NCBI RefSeq assembly: GCF_018977255.1
Contig: NW_024704743.1
Coordinates: 57,662,001-57,726,000 of the forward strand
Direction of reading: 5' to 3'
DNA length: 64,000 nt
Source: Callorhinchus milii
Taxonomy: Eukaryota
Part shown: positions 1 through 11,899 of the stretch, piece by piece
How the letters are laid out: each line of letters begins with the position of its first letter
Numbering within the stretch: the stretch's first letter is position 1
Made by a program: the position numbers and the translations under genes
Notes under the pieces: model-generated
The model's database searches: none
Seen by the model: only the letters and a program-made list of their open reading frames with translations
What the model was told of the DNA's origin: nothing

Positions 1-995
1 GATCCCATGGCACTATTCAAGAAGAGAAAGGAGTTTCTCCTGGTTCCTGGCCAATAATTCCCCAGATACAATTGGCAATTCACTTTGCAGCTGTTTGTGG
101 GACATTGCTATATGCAAATTGGCTGCTGTGTTCACCCACAAAAACACACAGTCACTCTGCTTTACAGTACAGTAGAAACCTGGTTTGCGGTCACCTGATA
201 ATCCAGCCACCTCACAATTGCGGGCACAGTTTCACAGTCTTTTTCGTGATCTGTACTAAAAGATAGTCTGTTTGCTTCAGTAAACCGGGCACCTCACTAT
301 TCAGAATAAAGGTTATTGATTGCGGCCGTTACTGCTCCCTCCTCTGCTTCAAACGTGGTACAAACCCCCCCTCCTCTTCTAACCTGTACACAGTGCGCTA
401 GGCCTCGGGGTTCTCTCACTATTTCCTTGACGTTGCTACTGTGGGCCGTGTGGACTCCAGTCGCGCATGCGAGGCACGGGAAGTGTTGGGATCGCGGAAG
501 TGGCACGAGCGGGAAATTGATTTCGTTCGGCGCATGTAGCCTAACCTGAGCTCCTGCAGCCAATTCTTGGTAAGTGCTGTGAACATGCCAATACAGAAGG
601 AGTTGTCCTTACGTGAGAGAGTGGACTTAACCAAAAACAAAAGTCATAGACAATTAGCTGTGAGCTATAGTATTGGCAGAACACAAGTTGGATGCATTCT
701 CAAAAGGAAGGCTGAATACATGACGGCTTTTGTTAGAAATGTGACAATGCCTTTATTTTAATGAGATTGCAAAGTATAGTTGTTAAATGTTCATCACCCT
801 AGCCCATTACCCATGCCCTCAACATTACATCAGTCATCTGAATCACCCGACCTGTTTCAGTAATCAGGTCACTTCACCAAGTAGGTAACTTTTGTCCAGT
901 CACTTGAGTGACCGAATTAGTGAGGTTCCACTGTGTATCCTGTGAATCACTTTGACACATTCTCCCAATGTGAAAGGCACTGTACCAAATATAAC
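1..995 (+). mobile_element. Old Deu-domain SINE (SacSINE1-like) interrupted by the Tigger element
   Basis: gatcccatggcactatt...gctgtttgtgggacattgct...caaattggctgc at 1-167, with the tail tcctgtgaatcactttga...gtgaaaggcactgtaccaaat resuming after 934. Confidence 0.8.
170..933 (+). mobile_element. Internally deleted Tigger/pogo (Tc1-mariner superfamily) DNA transposon
   Basis: Imperfect TIRs: CAGTAGAAACCT...CGGTCAC on the left and GTGACCG...AGGTTCCACTG on the right. TA precedes and TG follows. The internal ORF 567-761 (ELSLRERVDL...KSHRQLAVSYSIGRTQVGCILKRK) resembles the CENP-B N-terminal HTH of pogo transposases. Confidence 0.8.
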
Positions 996-2139
996 ATTAA
1001 TTAAATATAGCTTTAATTATACCAATTTATAGTTTTTATACATGCCAGAATATATAATTTTATATCTGTCAGTAGATTATTGTATACCTCTTATACATAT
1101 TGTAGCATTTATACACACCATCATACAATAATAATACATTTGTTACAGCACCTCTAACACTGAAACACAGATAATTGCTACCAAATGTAGTGACTAAATA
1201 CGTGTAGGCAAACATGGTATCCAATTCAGATGTTCTGTATAAACTGTACAATACACAGTGTTTGAAATATCTTCATGATCTATTCTATTCTAAAATAAAT
1301 AATGTCCAAGCTCTGGCAATTATGTAACTAATGAGTATAGGATCATTCAGCTTGTCTCAGCCTAGCCTGCAGTCGCATTGTGCCTTCAAATTTAAGACTG
1401 GGCAGAATTGTGACAAATTCTTAAATTCAATCTTAATTTGGAAGCTGTTAACAAGAATGGCTCCCAAATTATTCTTAAAACATAACTCAAGAATTTTGCA
1501 CAAGATTACATTTTAAAACAAAATTATTTTAATGCTAAGACTAGGTGAAATTTTGGGCCTTATGACACGTACCTCTGGAATTTCACAAAACCCATGAACA
1601 TTTCAATTTAAGGCTCTGCATACAATTCTGTCCTATAAAATAAATGTTAACAGGGAGTCAGTTAAAGCCTATGGTCCAATCTTGGAGTTGAAATGATGTT
1701 TACAAACCACAGAGGTTATTGATGATGTTATTGAGATCCTCTTGATTAGACTGTGACCGTGTAATTCACTGGCAGGTTCCTATTATTCTCCATGTAATGG
1801 GAACTCAGAAACATATCGTCAAATGGTAGTGAAGGCAAAATGACTGTGTGATGGTCATTGGATAAATTGCAGGTTATAGGGGTCAGCTCAAATAGCTTTT
1901 TGCATTAGGGATTTGATTGGAATATAGCTTGAGGGTGTTGGGCTGGTTATTACTTTACAGAACAATGTCCATCTTTCTTATTGGTTTATACATATTTGTA
2001 TACAATTTGTCCTGTCCTTGCCCGGTGATGGGTGATTGTTTTCTCATTCGTTATCTTCCACCAGACAATGGCTCCTCCTTCTGTTTGATGCAAATACCAT
2101 TTCATTCAAGTTGCTATGCTGTGCTGCGGGTAGATTCAC

Positions 2140-2830
2140 AGAAACATAGGGTGTCTATTAGCACAGAGGCAGGTTACTCAGCCCATCATGTCTGTGCTGG
2201 TGTTATCTGCTGCACTGGTGCTTTCTCCTCTAATGCCAATACTTGCCTTTATCCATCGATATTTTTTTCAATATTTAATCAAATTCCTTGTTCTGGACTC
2301 AGATTCGAAAAGCCGTTCGTGGCAAATGATTCTAATTGCCTCTGTAAAAAAAAACTTATTACATCAGCAATTTTTCTTCCACTGAAAATCCTCAATTCAT
2401 ATTGTCTTATCACTGACTCAGTTATCAGGGGAAATAGTCTTTCTCTACTCTAGCAAAAAATCATGTTATCTTCCTCCTTAACCCTCTCTATTCCAACAAA
2501 AGCAGCCAGAACCTTTCAAGTCTCTCCACATGAATTTAACTTCTTATCTCTGGTATTATTATAGTGAATCTCCACTGTATCCTTTCCAAATTTTGTTTTG
2601 CTAATGAACTGGTTGGATACAACTCTGCAACTGCGACCTAACCACTATCTGGTTAAATTTAATGTAACCTTGCTCCTATATTCAGATACCCTACATCCAG
2701 TACTAAACCTAATCTAATTCCCTTTCTTTATGGCTTGTCCATTTGCATTCCATCTTTAAAGACATCTGCTTCTTGTCAGTTTTACTTGTGATGTGATGCT
2801 CATGTTTGCATCTTATGCTTCCCCTGGCAC
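2140..2830 (-). mobile_element. Highly decayed CR1 LINE 3' fragment
   Basis: Reverse strand resembles CR1 ORF2 C-terminus and 3' end (gactatttcccctg..., gatgggctgagtaacctgcctctgtgct). Confidence 0.55.
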
Positions 2831-3769
2831 TCAACGGCATATCTTTTTAAAAAATGGAAACTGAACAAGTGTGGAAAGAATAAAATATTACACACTGACT
2901 GCTCGACCCTGTCAGCTGCTGGCCTGGTTCCAAGGGGGCGGAGGGATGAGGAAGCAGCTACCATTTTCTAATTAGTCTGTTTACAGACCAGATGGGGAAG
3001 CACATCTGGGATACACAGAACAAATGCATGGAAAGAGAGTATTTCAGTGTTCTCTTTGTCTTCTGTAATGCTTGAGTTCCTGGGTGAGTTACTGGTGGAA
3101 AAGTCTGTGAGTTACTGGTCTGTGAGTTTCCTAGTTCAGGGGGGGGCAGAGGATGGGCTTGAATTTGCTTGCGGGAGAAAGGATTTACAAGTATACGTAT
3201 TCCCTATTTTAGTGCAGAGGAGGGAGATGGTGAATGTATCTGAGTTCTCTTGTAATCTAAAGGGAGGAATAACATGTATCTGTCTGATGGGGCAGAGAAT
3301 GTGTGAATTTCCTGGCCCTAGTGTGGAGGATTTGATCTGTGGTTTCTGTAGGTCCAGGGAAGTGTTTCAGGATTTCCCTTTGGATTTTTCTTTCAGACAT
3401 CAAATTTATATTTTGAAGCAATTAAAAGCCCTTGTTATTCTACATAAGCGACAGCATCACTGTAGTAAAGTGAGACACTGTATAATGTTGAGAAAAGCAT
3501 AGAATACATTTTTGCTTCTTATATTTAAAAAAACTGCTGGATGGCTGTGCCTTGGCCTCCTGTCCTATCCTGTTGCAGAGATCTCTGGTAAATTGGCAGG
3601 TCTGTCACAGGATAGGGGTGGGGCGAGAAGCAACAGTGTGGGTCTCCAATACACCAGAGGCCTCTGCGTTGCATCTGTGCAACCGAGTGTCCACACTGGT
3701 GAAAGGATAGGGTGGGAGACCTCTGCAATGCAACACGTTACCTTATAGGATGAGTTTTTAATAATCATA

Positions 3770-4250
3770 ATACTTGCAATAATAAATCCACAACTGTTTG
3801 TGGGACACTGCTGTGTGCAATTGGCTGCCGCGTTTCATCCATAAAACATACAGTCAATTAACGTTACAATATATTCTGTGAAGCGCTTTGAGACGTCTCG
3901 AAAACGTGATAAGGCACTATATCAAATGCAAGGATTATTATTATTATTTGATATAGCACCTTATATAATAATAATCCCTCCAAAAAAACACAATAATAAA
4001 TTGGTCATTTTCAATCCACAACTGTTTGTGGGACACTGCTGTGTACAATTGGCTGCCTCGTTTCGCCCACAAATATACAGTCAATTCACTTTACAGCATA
4101 GTCAATGAAGCGCTTTGAGATGTCTAGAAGATGTGAAAAGCGCTATATCAAATGCAAGTATTATTATCAGGTCATTGAGGCACCTCAAAGCGCTTCACAG
4201 AATGTATTGCCAAGTGAATTGACTGTATATTTTGTGGGTGAAATCCGACG
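3770..4250 (+). mobile_element. Tandem 5'-truncated Deu-SINE copies (two forward tails plus one inverted fragment)
   Basis: Two consecutive ccacaactgtttgtgggacactgctgtgt...gaagcgctttgaga...tatcaaatgcaag(gattatta) units. Confidence 0.8.
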
Positions 4251-4714
4251 TAAGTGTTTACAAGAATTTCTAGAATGCGACTAGTTATGTGTTAATAGAG
4301 TAACAAGTAATTCAAACAGCGTGGCTGTTTAATTGGTAGTGACAAGTTAAGCTGGGGCCTTGCTATCAGGAGTTTACTGTACTACAGATTTGAATCATTA
4401 TGTGATAAGAGCTACTTTGATAAATATGGGATAAAATTATTTGACTCCACCTTATTATTAAATGTTCCCCGAGCACAGAGGTCTCAGAAGATGGATATGA
4501 AAAAAAACATCTCAATGGCTTTACTGTTATATCCATGAGGAAAGTGACACTGAAAAACTAGAATGCAATAACTCAATTTCAAAAACAATGACATTAATAA
4601 AGCTACCACCCAGGCACTAAATCAATTGTTTCCTTCTCAATTTTAAAGTTATAGATGCCCTTTCATTCTTCACTTATAGCAGGGTGCATGCTTACAACCA
4701 ATAACTAGGGCCAC

Positions 4715-5150
4715 GATTCTTCCTTAGCAGCTCTTGTTAACCCTGCAAGCCAAACCCCAGGCAGGTGGGGTGATCCCAGCTGGACATACAATGCAAGCTT
4801 GCCAGACAATGTTTTCAATGTCAAGCTATGTGATTTTAGCAGGTTAAACTCCAGTGGTACCCCAACACAAAATCTGAGGTTTTTGGCAACCTGTACCTAA
4901 TGCTGGATTTTTGGCAACCTATGCCTAATGCATAAAACCCAAGCCTAGATTTTTGGCAACCTATGCCTAATGCTCTCCGGGATAAAGTAAGCAGGGTGTA
5001 TCCCTCTGGGGAGAGAGTGCCCGTTGCATTCAAGCCACAGAGATTTCCATGTATAGATGGCATACATGAACTCTGTCTGGTTTGGATACTGTTAACCACG
5101 GAGATGGGTTTTGAAATGTGTCAGACACCCGTCTGATCAAAATAAAATGC
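4715..5150 (+). repeat. Copy of unclassified ~1 kb interspersed repeat (3' half), with internal 24-bp triplication
   Basis: Aligns by eye with 32478-32845 (gttaacc.tgcaagccaaacccc, aagcttgccagaca, gtaccccaac, ggtttggatact, cagacacc..ctga.caaaa). Confidence 0.8.
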
Positions 5151-6444
5151 TTTGCAACATGGCAGAAATAAACTGGATTTGTACTATATAAGACTATGAA
5201 TTTACATTTATATAGCACCTTTCACATCAGAGGAGTCTCAAAGCACTTAAATCAGTAGATGAGACCTTCATTTGGAGAGAAATGTCAATGCATTCTCTAT
5301 GATTTTATGCAAGTATATTGTTCTACAACTCCATAGCTAGAGTTTAAACTGTGCCCTTTTGTTCCTACATCCAATACAGTCATTTTTATACACAGTCAGA
5401 TTACCAAACTAAGTGCTCCTGTTTGAATTAAACCACTGCCATGATTGCTCTGTCACCAATATAGCAGCACTATTGCACATCAATTTAAAATCTTTTTTCA
5501 TTATGTCTCAAATTATTAATGTTCACATAAATTCACATTTCCTACACAGTTGGTGAAAAACAATGGAGTTTTGTGAAAAACCTGCTAGGAAAGAACTTTG
5601 ATTGTGGAGTAAATCACATCACAGTAGGTTGACTGATCAAAGTTGACATGATATGCTTGACCTTCATCTTTAGACATAATTATTGTACGTTGTGTATCAT
5701 TTTGTTATTGTGAAGTTGACCTGCCTATCTATGGAAATAATAAGCTGTCATACTTTGTGATTACAGCTGCTAAACAAAGTTAAAAAAATCAACCATGAAA
5801 TCCATATTCCAACATTCTTATGAAGGATATGTGAAGCAAGATTCTTGTTAACATGTGAAGATGTTTAAGAAACAATTTGTATGTAAAATATGTCTTACCT
5901 CTATCCTTTCAACAGCTTAGGTTGTGCTGCTATGTAGTGTGCAGATAGTACACAAAATCATTAGAACAAGACCATCAAAACCTCGAGTCAAAAAATAATG
6001 CTTTATTTCTGCCACTGTTTATTTATTTTTTAGTTAGCCAGTGTCTGACACATTTGGAAAACCATCACCGTGTTTAAAGAGTATGCAGACCAGAGTAACA
6101 GTTCCACATATGTATGCCACTTACACATGCTTAGCACAGTAATGCTAGGCTATTTCTACTAATCATCGTCCTTGTATTTGATTTAGTGCCTTATCACATC
6201 TCAAAAGATTTACCGTAGAATGTTGTGACTCTGTATTTTGACGGTCAATTTTGCATAAAAGGCTGCAAACAGCCATGAAATGAATGGCCGCAGTTTTTTT
6301 GGAGAATTATTGGCTAAGACATTGGGTGAAATTCCTTTCTCTTTTGAACAAATGTCACGTATAGGCAGGACCTCGGTTTAACATCGCAGCCAAAAGCTAA
6401 GGTTTAAGAAAACAAGACCTCTGCTGTCACAGTGAATTCCACTT

Positions 6445-6765
6445 GCTGGGGGTGTGTCGCATTGTTGGAGGTCCCGTTCTTCAGATGAGACATTAAACCA
6501 AGGCCATGACTGCCTATTCAGGTGGATGTTAAAGATCCCATGGCGCTATTCTAAAAGAGAATGGAATTTCTCCTGGTATCCTGGCCAACAATCCCCCAAA
6601 TACATTTGATCATTAATTTCATAGCAGTTTGTGGGACATTGCTGTATTCAAATTGGCTGTCAATTCGCTCACAAATAAAAGAAATCACTGCATTTTATGG
6701 CCTGTGAAAGACTTTGAATTGTCCTCCTGATTTAAAACTTGCCATAATAAATGTAACAATTATTA
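6445..6765 (+). mobile_element. Old Deu-domain SINE
   Basis: gatgagacattaaaccaaggcc...caggtggatgttaaagatcccatggcgctatt...gtttgtgggacattgctgt...aaattggctg, ending in a (tta)n tail. Confidence 0.8.
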
Positions 6766-7689
6766 TTATCTTACCTTGTGCAAGGTGCTGGCCCTCTAAC
6801 ATGGTATTATCAGTCTTTCCTTTAGTCTAAACATTGCAAAAAAAAATTTAGATGCAACTCAATTTTGATTTGCATAAAAATATTGTGATTGAAAAAAGCA
6901 AAGTTTTATATCAGATTAGGTAACCCATTTCTTAATTATCAAACCTGTAATGAAATATTGCACTTGCCATCCACAAAGTTTTATGCTATTCCACACAGAA
7001 TTCCTTTTTAAATCAATGGGTGCTGAAATCCAGCTGTATTTTAAAGAGGCAATGAAATTTCTATTGTTATTCTGCCAATTACCATCCTGTTTTCAATTTG
7101 TGTTGGTTAATTTAATGTGTAGAGAAGAGAACAAATTGCAGCCCTCATTCACAATCAGGATCAAAGTGAGACCAAGGAGGGATCATGCCTGATTTAGAGA
7201 ACATGCTTCAGAAAGGCTGAATATTTAATCAAGTGAAACACTGATACATAGTGTGCTCAATCTTGTCATAATGAAGACTGCTCCAGTAGAGATAGAGATG
7301 TGCAACACCCATTTGCATTTGTAATAAATCAGCTCCTCTATTTTGCTGAACTTTGGCCGTAAAACTGCAGCTGTAATGTGATTCAAAATCAAGGAACGCA
7401 CAGAACAACTAGAATCTGACTTCTGCCCCACTCTGCTCTCCCGTTCTCATTTGTCATTCAATTTACAAATTTTGTAAAGCTAAAAAGTGAAAAAAATACT
7501 GGAAATAGTTCACAATTTTCAGTGTGACATCTCTGTTGCACAGGGTTTGGACAGTAGCACCCACTAGCTTCTGAGTGAAAAGGTATGTCCAGTAAGATAT
7601 TCCATTGGAAAGTGTGACACTGTCATAACCACAAACAAACTGGAATGACTAAAATCGCAGAAAACTTATAGGATAGGAGGAGATTATTT

Positions 7690-8490
7690 GGCCAATCCTC
7701 TCTATGCTGGTGCAAATTCCGGAACCGGAGCTATCTGTTCCAATGCCATTGCCTGTTTTTATACACCAAACTGTTCTGGACTTGGTGCGGGAGAGAACAC
7801 AAGCTGCAGAATTATGGATGATCCGCAACTTGTGGAGGGAAGAGTTGGGAAGGCTGACAAGCAGGGAATTGGCCTATTCGAGCCTAGATGTAATGAATGC
7901 ATGAATGAAGGTTTCGGCAGCCTGGAAGGGTGAGGCAGTGGGGGAGGTGGGGAAAAGTAGAGCGGGTCGTGGCATGGATGTGGAGTAGAAAGGATAGTTG
8001 AGGGTCAAACAAGTTGCCAAGATTCTGGCCTGGCTCAGTGAGATGGAGTGTGCAACCATAGATAGTGATGCTGTCAGCGCCTGAGGTGTGGAGGCGCTGA
8101 CGGGAGCCAATCAGGAGAGCCTCGGTCTTGTTGACGTTCAACGGTAGAAAGTTAGCTCTCATCCAGGACTTGATGTCTGACAGACATTCTGTCAGGACAG
8201 CAGTGGTCCTGGAGTCAAGGGTGGAGGCAGAGAGGTAGAGTTGGGTGTCACCTGCATAAATGGGGAAATTGACCCCATTCTGTGGATGATGTCACCAAGT
8301 TGGAGCATATAGAAGAGTAGGGGAACAAGGACAGAGCCCTAAGGAACACCGCACAAGACGATGTGGGGTCAGGAGGAGGAGCCGTTTGTGGCGACAAAGT
8401 GGAGACGGTGTGAAAGATAGGATCTGAACCATTCAAGGACAGGACCATGAAGGTTGAGGTGAGAGAAGGACTGGTCGACAGTGTCAAAGT
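7690..8490 (-). mobile_element. L2 LINE ORF2 (RT) fragment, decayed
   Basis: Minus-strand peptides MRANFLPLNVNKTEALLIGSRQRL and AAETFIHAFITSRLE, broken by frameshifts. Confidence 0.9.
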
Positions 8491-8932
8491 TCAAGATGTT
8501 CTCGCAACGTAAAAGACACTATGTCAAATGAAAGGATTATTATTAAATACAGTCAAATGCTGATTGCTGAATGAACGTTCAGGACACCCAATGACCTTGT
8601 GAGATAAGTAAAGCACATTCAAGGCACGTCTCAAAATGTGCCTCTTTGACTGCGCTTTCAGTCATCTTTCCCTTCCTTATCCCCTCGGCTCCCACCCCCA
8701 GCTCTGTGGCTATCCAGCATTGTTACACGCTTTGAGACATCCTCTCGCCTTGAAAGACGCTATATAAATGTAAATTATATTTCTAAGCAAATTGACTCTT
8801 GTCCATCAACTGCACTGAAATTACTGAGTCTTATCAAACCTATCTCAATTGCTGGGAAACTGAACTCTTTCTGTGCTTTCCATATCTTGATCTTGATGCA
8901 CACAGGGAGCTCTACTTTGAATGTGTGTGTGT

Positions 8933-8962
8933 TGGGGGGGGGGGGGGGTGGGGGTGGTGGTG
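8933..8962. repeat. Poly(G)/GGT low-complexity run
   Basis: gggggggggggggggtgggggtggtggtgg read directly. Confidence 0.9.
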
Positions 8963-10275
8963 GAGAGCTGAAAGACAATTTTAAAAAGTCTAGTTTGTTG
9001 CCTAGGTCAAGCCAACCAGCATTATTTGTCTTTAATTTTCAGTTCATTGCTTTCTCAGCTCCTGCAGTATAGCACGCTCCCCTTTGCCCTTTACCTGACT
9101 GTCCACAATTACCATCATTTCCATGACAGGAAGTGAGCAGAGGGCTTAATTAAAGTGCTACCATCTGTTTGGTCTGTTAAATATGTTCATAAGTCATCCT
9201 TTCACTGTATGAGGATCTGCATACAACATATGCTAAAACTGATCATCAGAATTACAGAGCTATAGATTTGTAGCAAACAACAAATACAGTCTGTCAGGAA
9301 CCATTGCTATTAATTGAATTATGTCAGTTGTTATTACTGAACATATGTTAAATAGAGTTTTCATCTCCCTTATTACACCTTTCAATCAAAATTCATAGTT
9401 TTGGCCATTTCCATTGTATGCACTATATATCAGTACATTCTAAAATACAATAGAGAGAAAATGCAGCATAGGATATTGTCAACTGTGATAATTATCACAT
9501 TGACCAAGAAAACACAGTCAAATGCAGTCAGTAATTACCACCGGACTTGAATTGGGGGGAGGTGGGGCTTGGGGGGGAGGTGGAGGTTGGGCTGGTGCGG
9601 GGAGGTGGTGGGGAGAGGTGGGGTTGGGAGTTGGGTGTGTGTTAGAGGAACATGGGTGTTAAAGGTTAAAGATCCAATGACCCTATCCAAAAGCAGATGG
9701 GAGTTTTTCCTGGTGTCCTGGACAATCCTTCAGATAAATTGGTCATTCATGGCTGTTTTGAGACTTTGCTGTGTACAAATTAGCTGCTAAAATTGCCTTC
9801 AAATACAGCCACTGTACTCCACACCAATTACTTATGAAGCACTTTGAGGCAATTTCAAGTTATAGGAACTATATTAAATCTATAATTATTTAACCTGTGC
9901 ATTGTTTCCAGAGTTTAGACTTTTTTTCATGAGCATATCAATAAGGGTTATAGAGAATGACATTTTTATACAGCACAAGTTTTTTTTAAAAAAGACACAC
10001 ATAGCAGTAAATTATGTTTTATTCTTTAAAATGTGTTTAGAGAGAGCATGTTGAGTTGTGATAAACAATAATAATAATAATCTTTGCTTTAGTATAGTGC
10101 CTTTCACATCGGGAAGATGTCTCAAAGCATTTAGCAGAATTCACTACTATGTGTAGTGACTGTAATTGTGGTAGTATGCAGCAGCCCAATTATACGCAGC
10201 AGTGTCCCTCAAACAGCCAATATGGAGGACGGGTGAGTTGCTGCCCAGGACTCTGCCACAAGCTCTTATCTCTTT

Positions 10276-10408
10276 GATGAAGGATTGTGGACCCGAAACA
10301 TTGACTTACTTTCCTTTCTCCATAGATGCTGCCTGACCTGCTGAGTGTTCCCAGCGACTTCTGTTTTTGTTTCAGATTTCCAGCATCTGCAGTATTTTGC
10401 GTTTTCTC
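10276..10408 (+). mobile_element. Penelope-like element terminal (pLTR) fragment with degenerate hammerhead core, nested in an old SINE
   Basis: (t)TGATGAaggattgtggaccCGAAACattgac...gatgctgcctgacctgctgagt...cagcatctgcagtatttt, flanked by an atctcttt duplication (10268-10275 and 10409-10416). Confidence 0.75.
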
Positions 10409-11100
10409 ATCTCTTTTGAGTTGTGTCATGGGATCTTTAACCTGAATAGACCGTCAGGACCTTGGTTTAACATCTCATCTGAAAGACAAATAAAACCCCA
10501 GTAATTAATTGTTGGTGACAACAGAATCGTAGAAATCACTGAGAAGGAGGGCATTTGGCTCATCAAGTGTATGCTGGTGCTAGCTTTCCACTGGAGCTCT
10601 TATCATAATCTCTACTCTTTCCCCATCTTGAGAATGGAGGCAAGATGATGAGTTAGGAGAATTATCACAACAAAAGCATATTGACTAATGTGTGCTTTTT
10701 CCTGTAGTATGTTGGTACCAATTTTTCATTTGGTCAGCAAGATTTCTGGCACATATCGAAACCCAACACTATGTTTAAGAGCAACCAATCCAACGACTAA
10801 GACTTCCACATACGTGTGGGAATTTCTTTTTGCCTGGTATGGCATGTGCACTCTCTCACTGGAGTGATACATCCTACTTAACTAATCCTGAAGACTTTAG
10901 GCACTGGTTGGCAGAACGGTGTCACAGAACATGCATTACTGCTGGAGTGTAATCACCTGAAAAGGGTTTTTGCACTAACACACTAAGAAAGACTAGTAAA
11001 AGCTATGTGTTGATGGTTTTACATTCTTAGGCTTTTGTCACAAGAAGATACCAAGTCAGCAATGAAGCCACTGTTCTAAATCTTTTATTTTGTCCTACAG

Positions 11101-11899
11101 GTCCTTGGGGGAGATGTATGGGAAATGAGTGTGGCCCTGGAGGTATCCAGACCCGGTCAGTATGGTGCTCCCATGTGGATGGATGGACAACTTTACCGAC
11201 AAACTGTAAACCAGCAGAAAGGCCTGAGAATCAGCAGAATTGTTTCAAAGTTTGCGACTGGCACAAGGAACTGTACGAGTGGCTCCTGGGAGAGTGGAGT
11301 GAGTGCCTGCCTGTCCTTTCCAGGAACCCTTCTACAGGTAAAGCCTTTGAGTGTCTGAAAGGGGAGGCAGGAATTCAGACTAGAGACATCACTTGCATTG
11401 AGAAGAAAAATGGAGCTGCTGCTGAGGATGTCATCTGTGACTATTTTGAGCCCAAGCCACCCCTGGAGCAAGCCTGCATTATCCCTTGCCCACAGGACTG
11501 TGTGATATCAGAGTTTTCTTCCTGGTCAGAATGCACTAAGACCTGTGGGACAGGATTACAACATCGGTTCCGTCAAGTGTTGGTCCCACCTCTCTACAAT
11601 GGCATGGCCTGCCCCAACCTGACTGAGTTTCAGAGCTGTAAACACAATCCCTGTGATGCAGAGGAAAGTATGTACAGCTTGAAAGTAGGTCCTTGGAACA
11701 GGTGCTCGCTCCCACATACCCGACAGGTTCGGCAAGTAGGAAAAAGGGTGAGGGATCAGGAAACGCGTGAGCTCATGAAGAAAAAGAGAAACAGAAATCG
11801 CCAGATCCGACAGGACACCAAATACTTTGATGTACAGATCGGCTACCAGACAAGACAGGTCACGTGCATGCACAGAAACGGAAAGACAGCAGCTCTCAG
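11101..11899 (+). CDS. THSD7A: THSD7A coding exon (probable exon 2; N-terminal TSP1 repeats and polybasic segment)
   Basis: Acceptor ttttattttgtcctacag|GT and donor CTCAG|gtaaga. Translates GPWGRCMGNECGPGGIQTRSVWCSHVDGWTT...CFKVCDWHKELY...KKKRNRNRQ...GYQTRQVTC, which matches THSD7A as I recall it. 799 nt, phase 1 to phase 2. Confidence 0.97.

Noticed and set aside
1917..2453. 178-aa ORF
   Set aside because: Largely antisense to decayed CR1 sequence, with no recognisable domain or splice support.
4880..4973. CRISPR-like direct repeats
   Set aside because: Only three units, with 4- and 18-nt spacers, inside a eukaryotic interspersed repeat and with no cas genes.
8775..9072. Poly-Pro and poly-Gly ORFs
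   Set aside because: Artefacts of a G homopolymer run.
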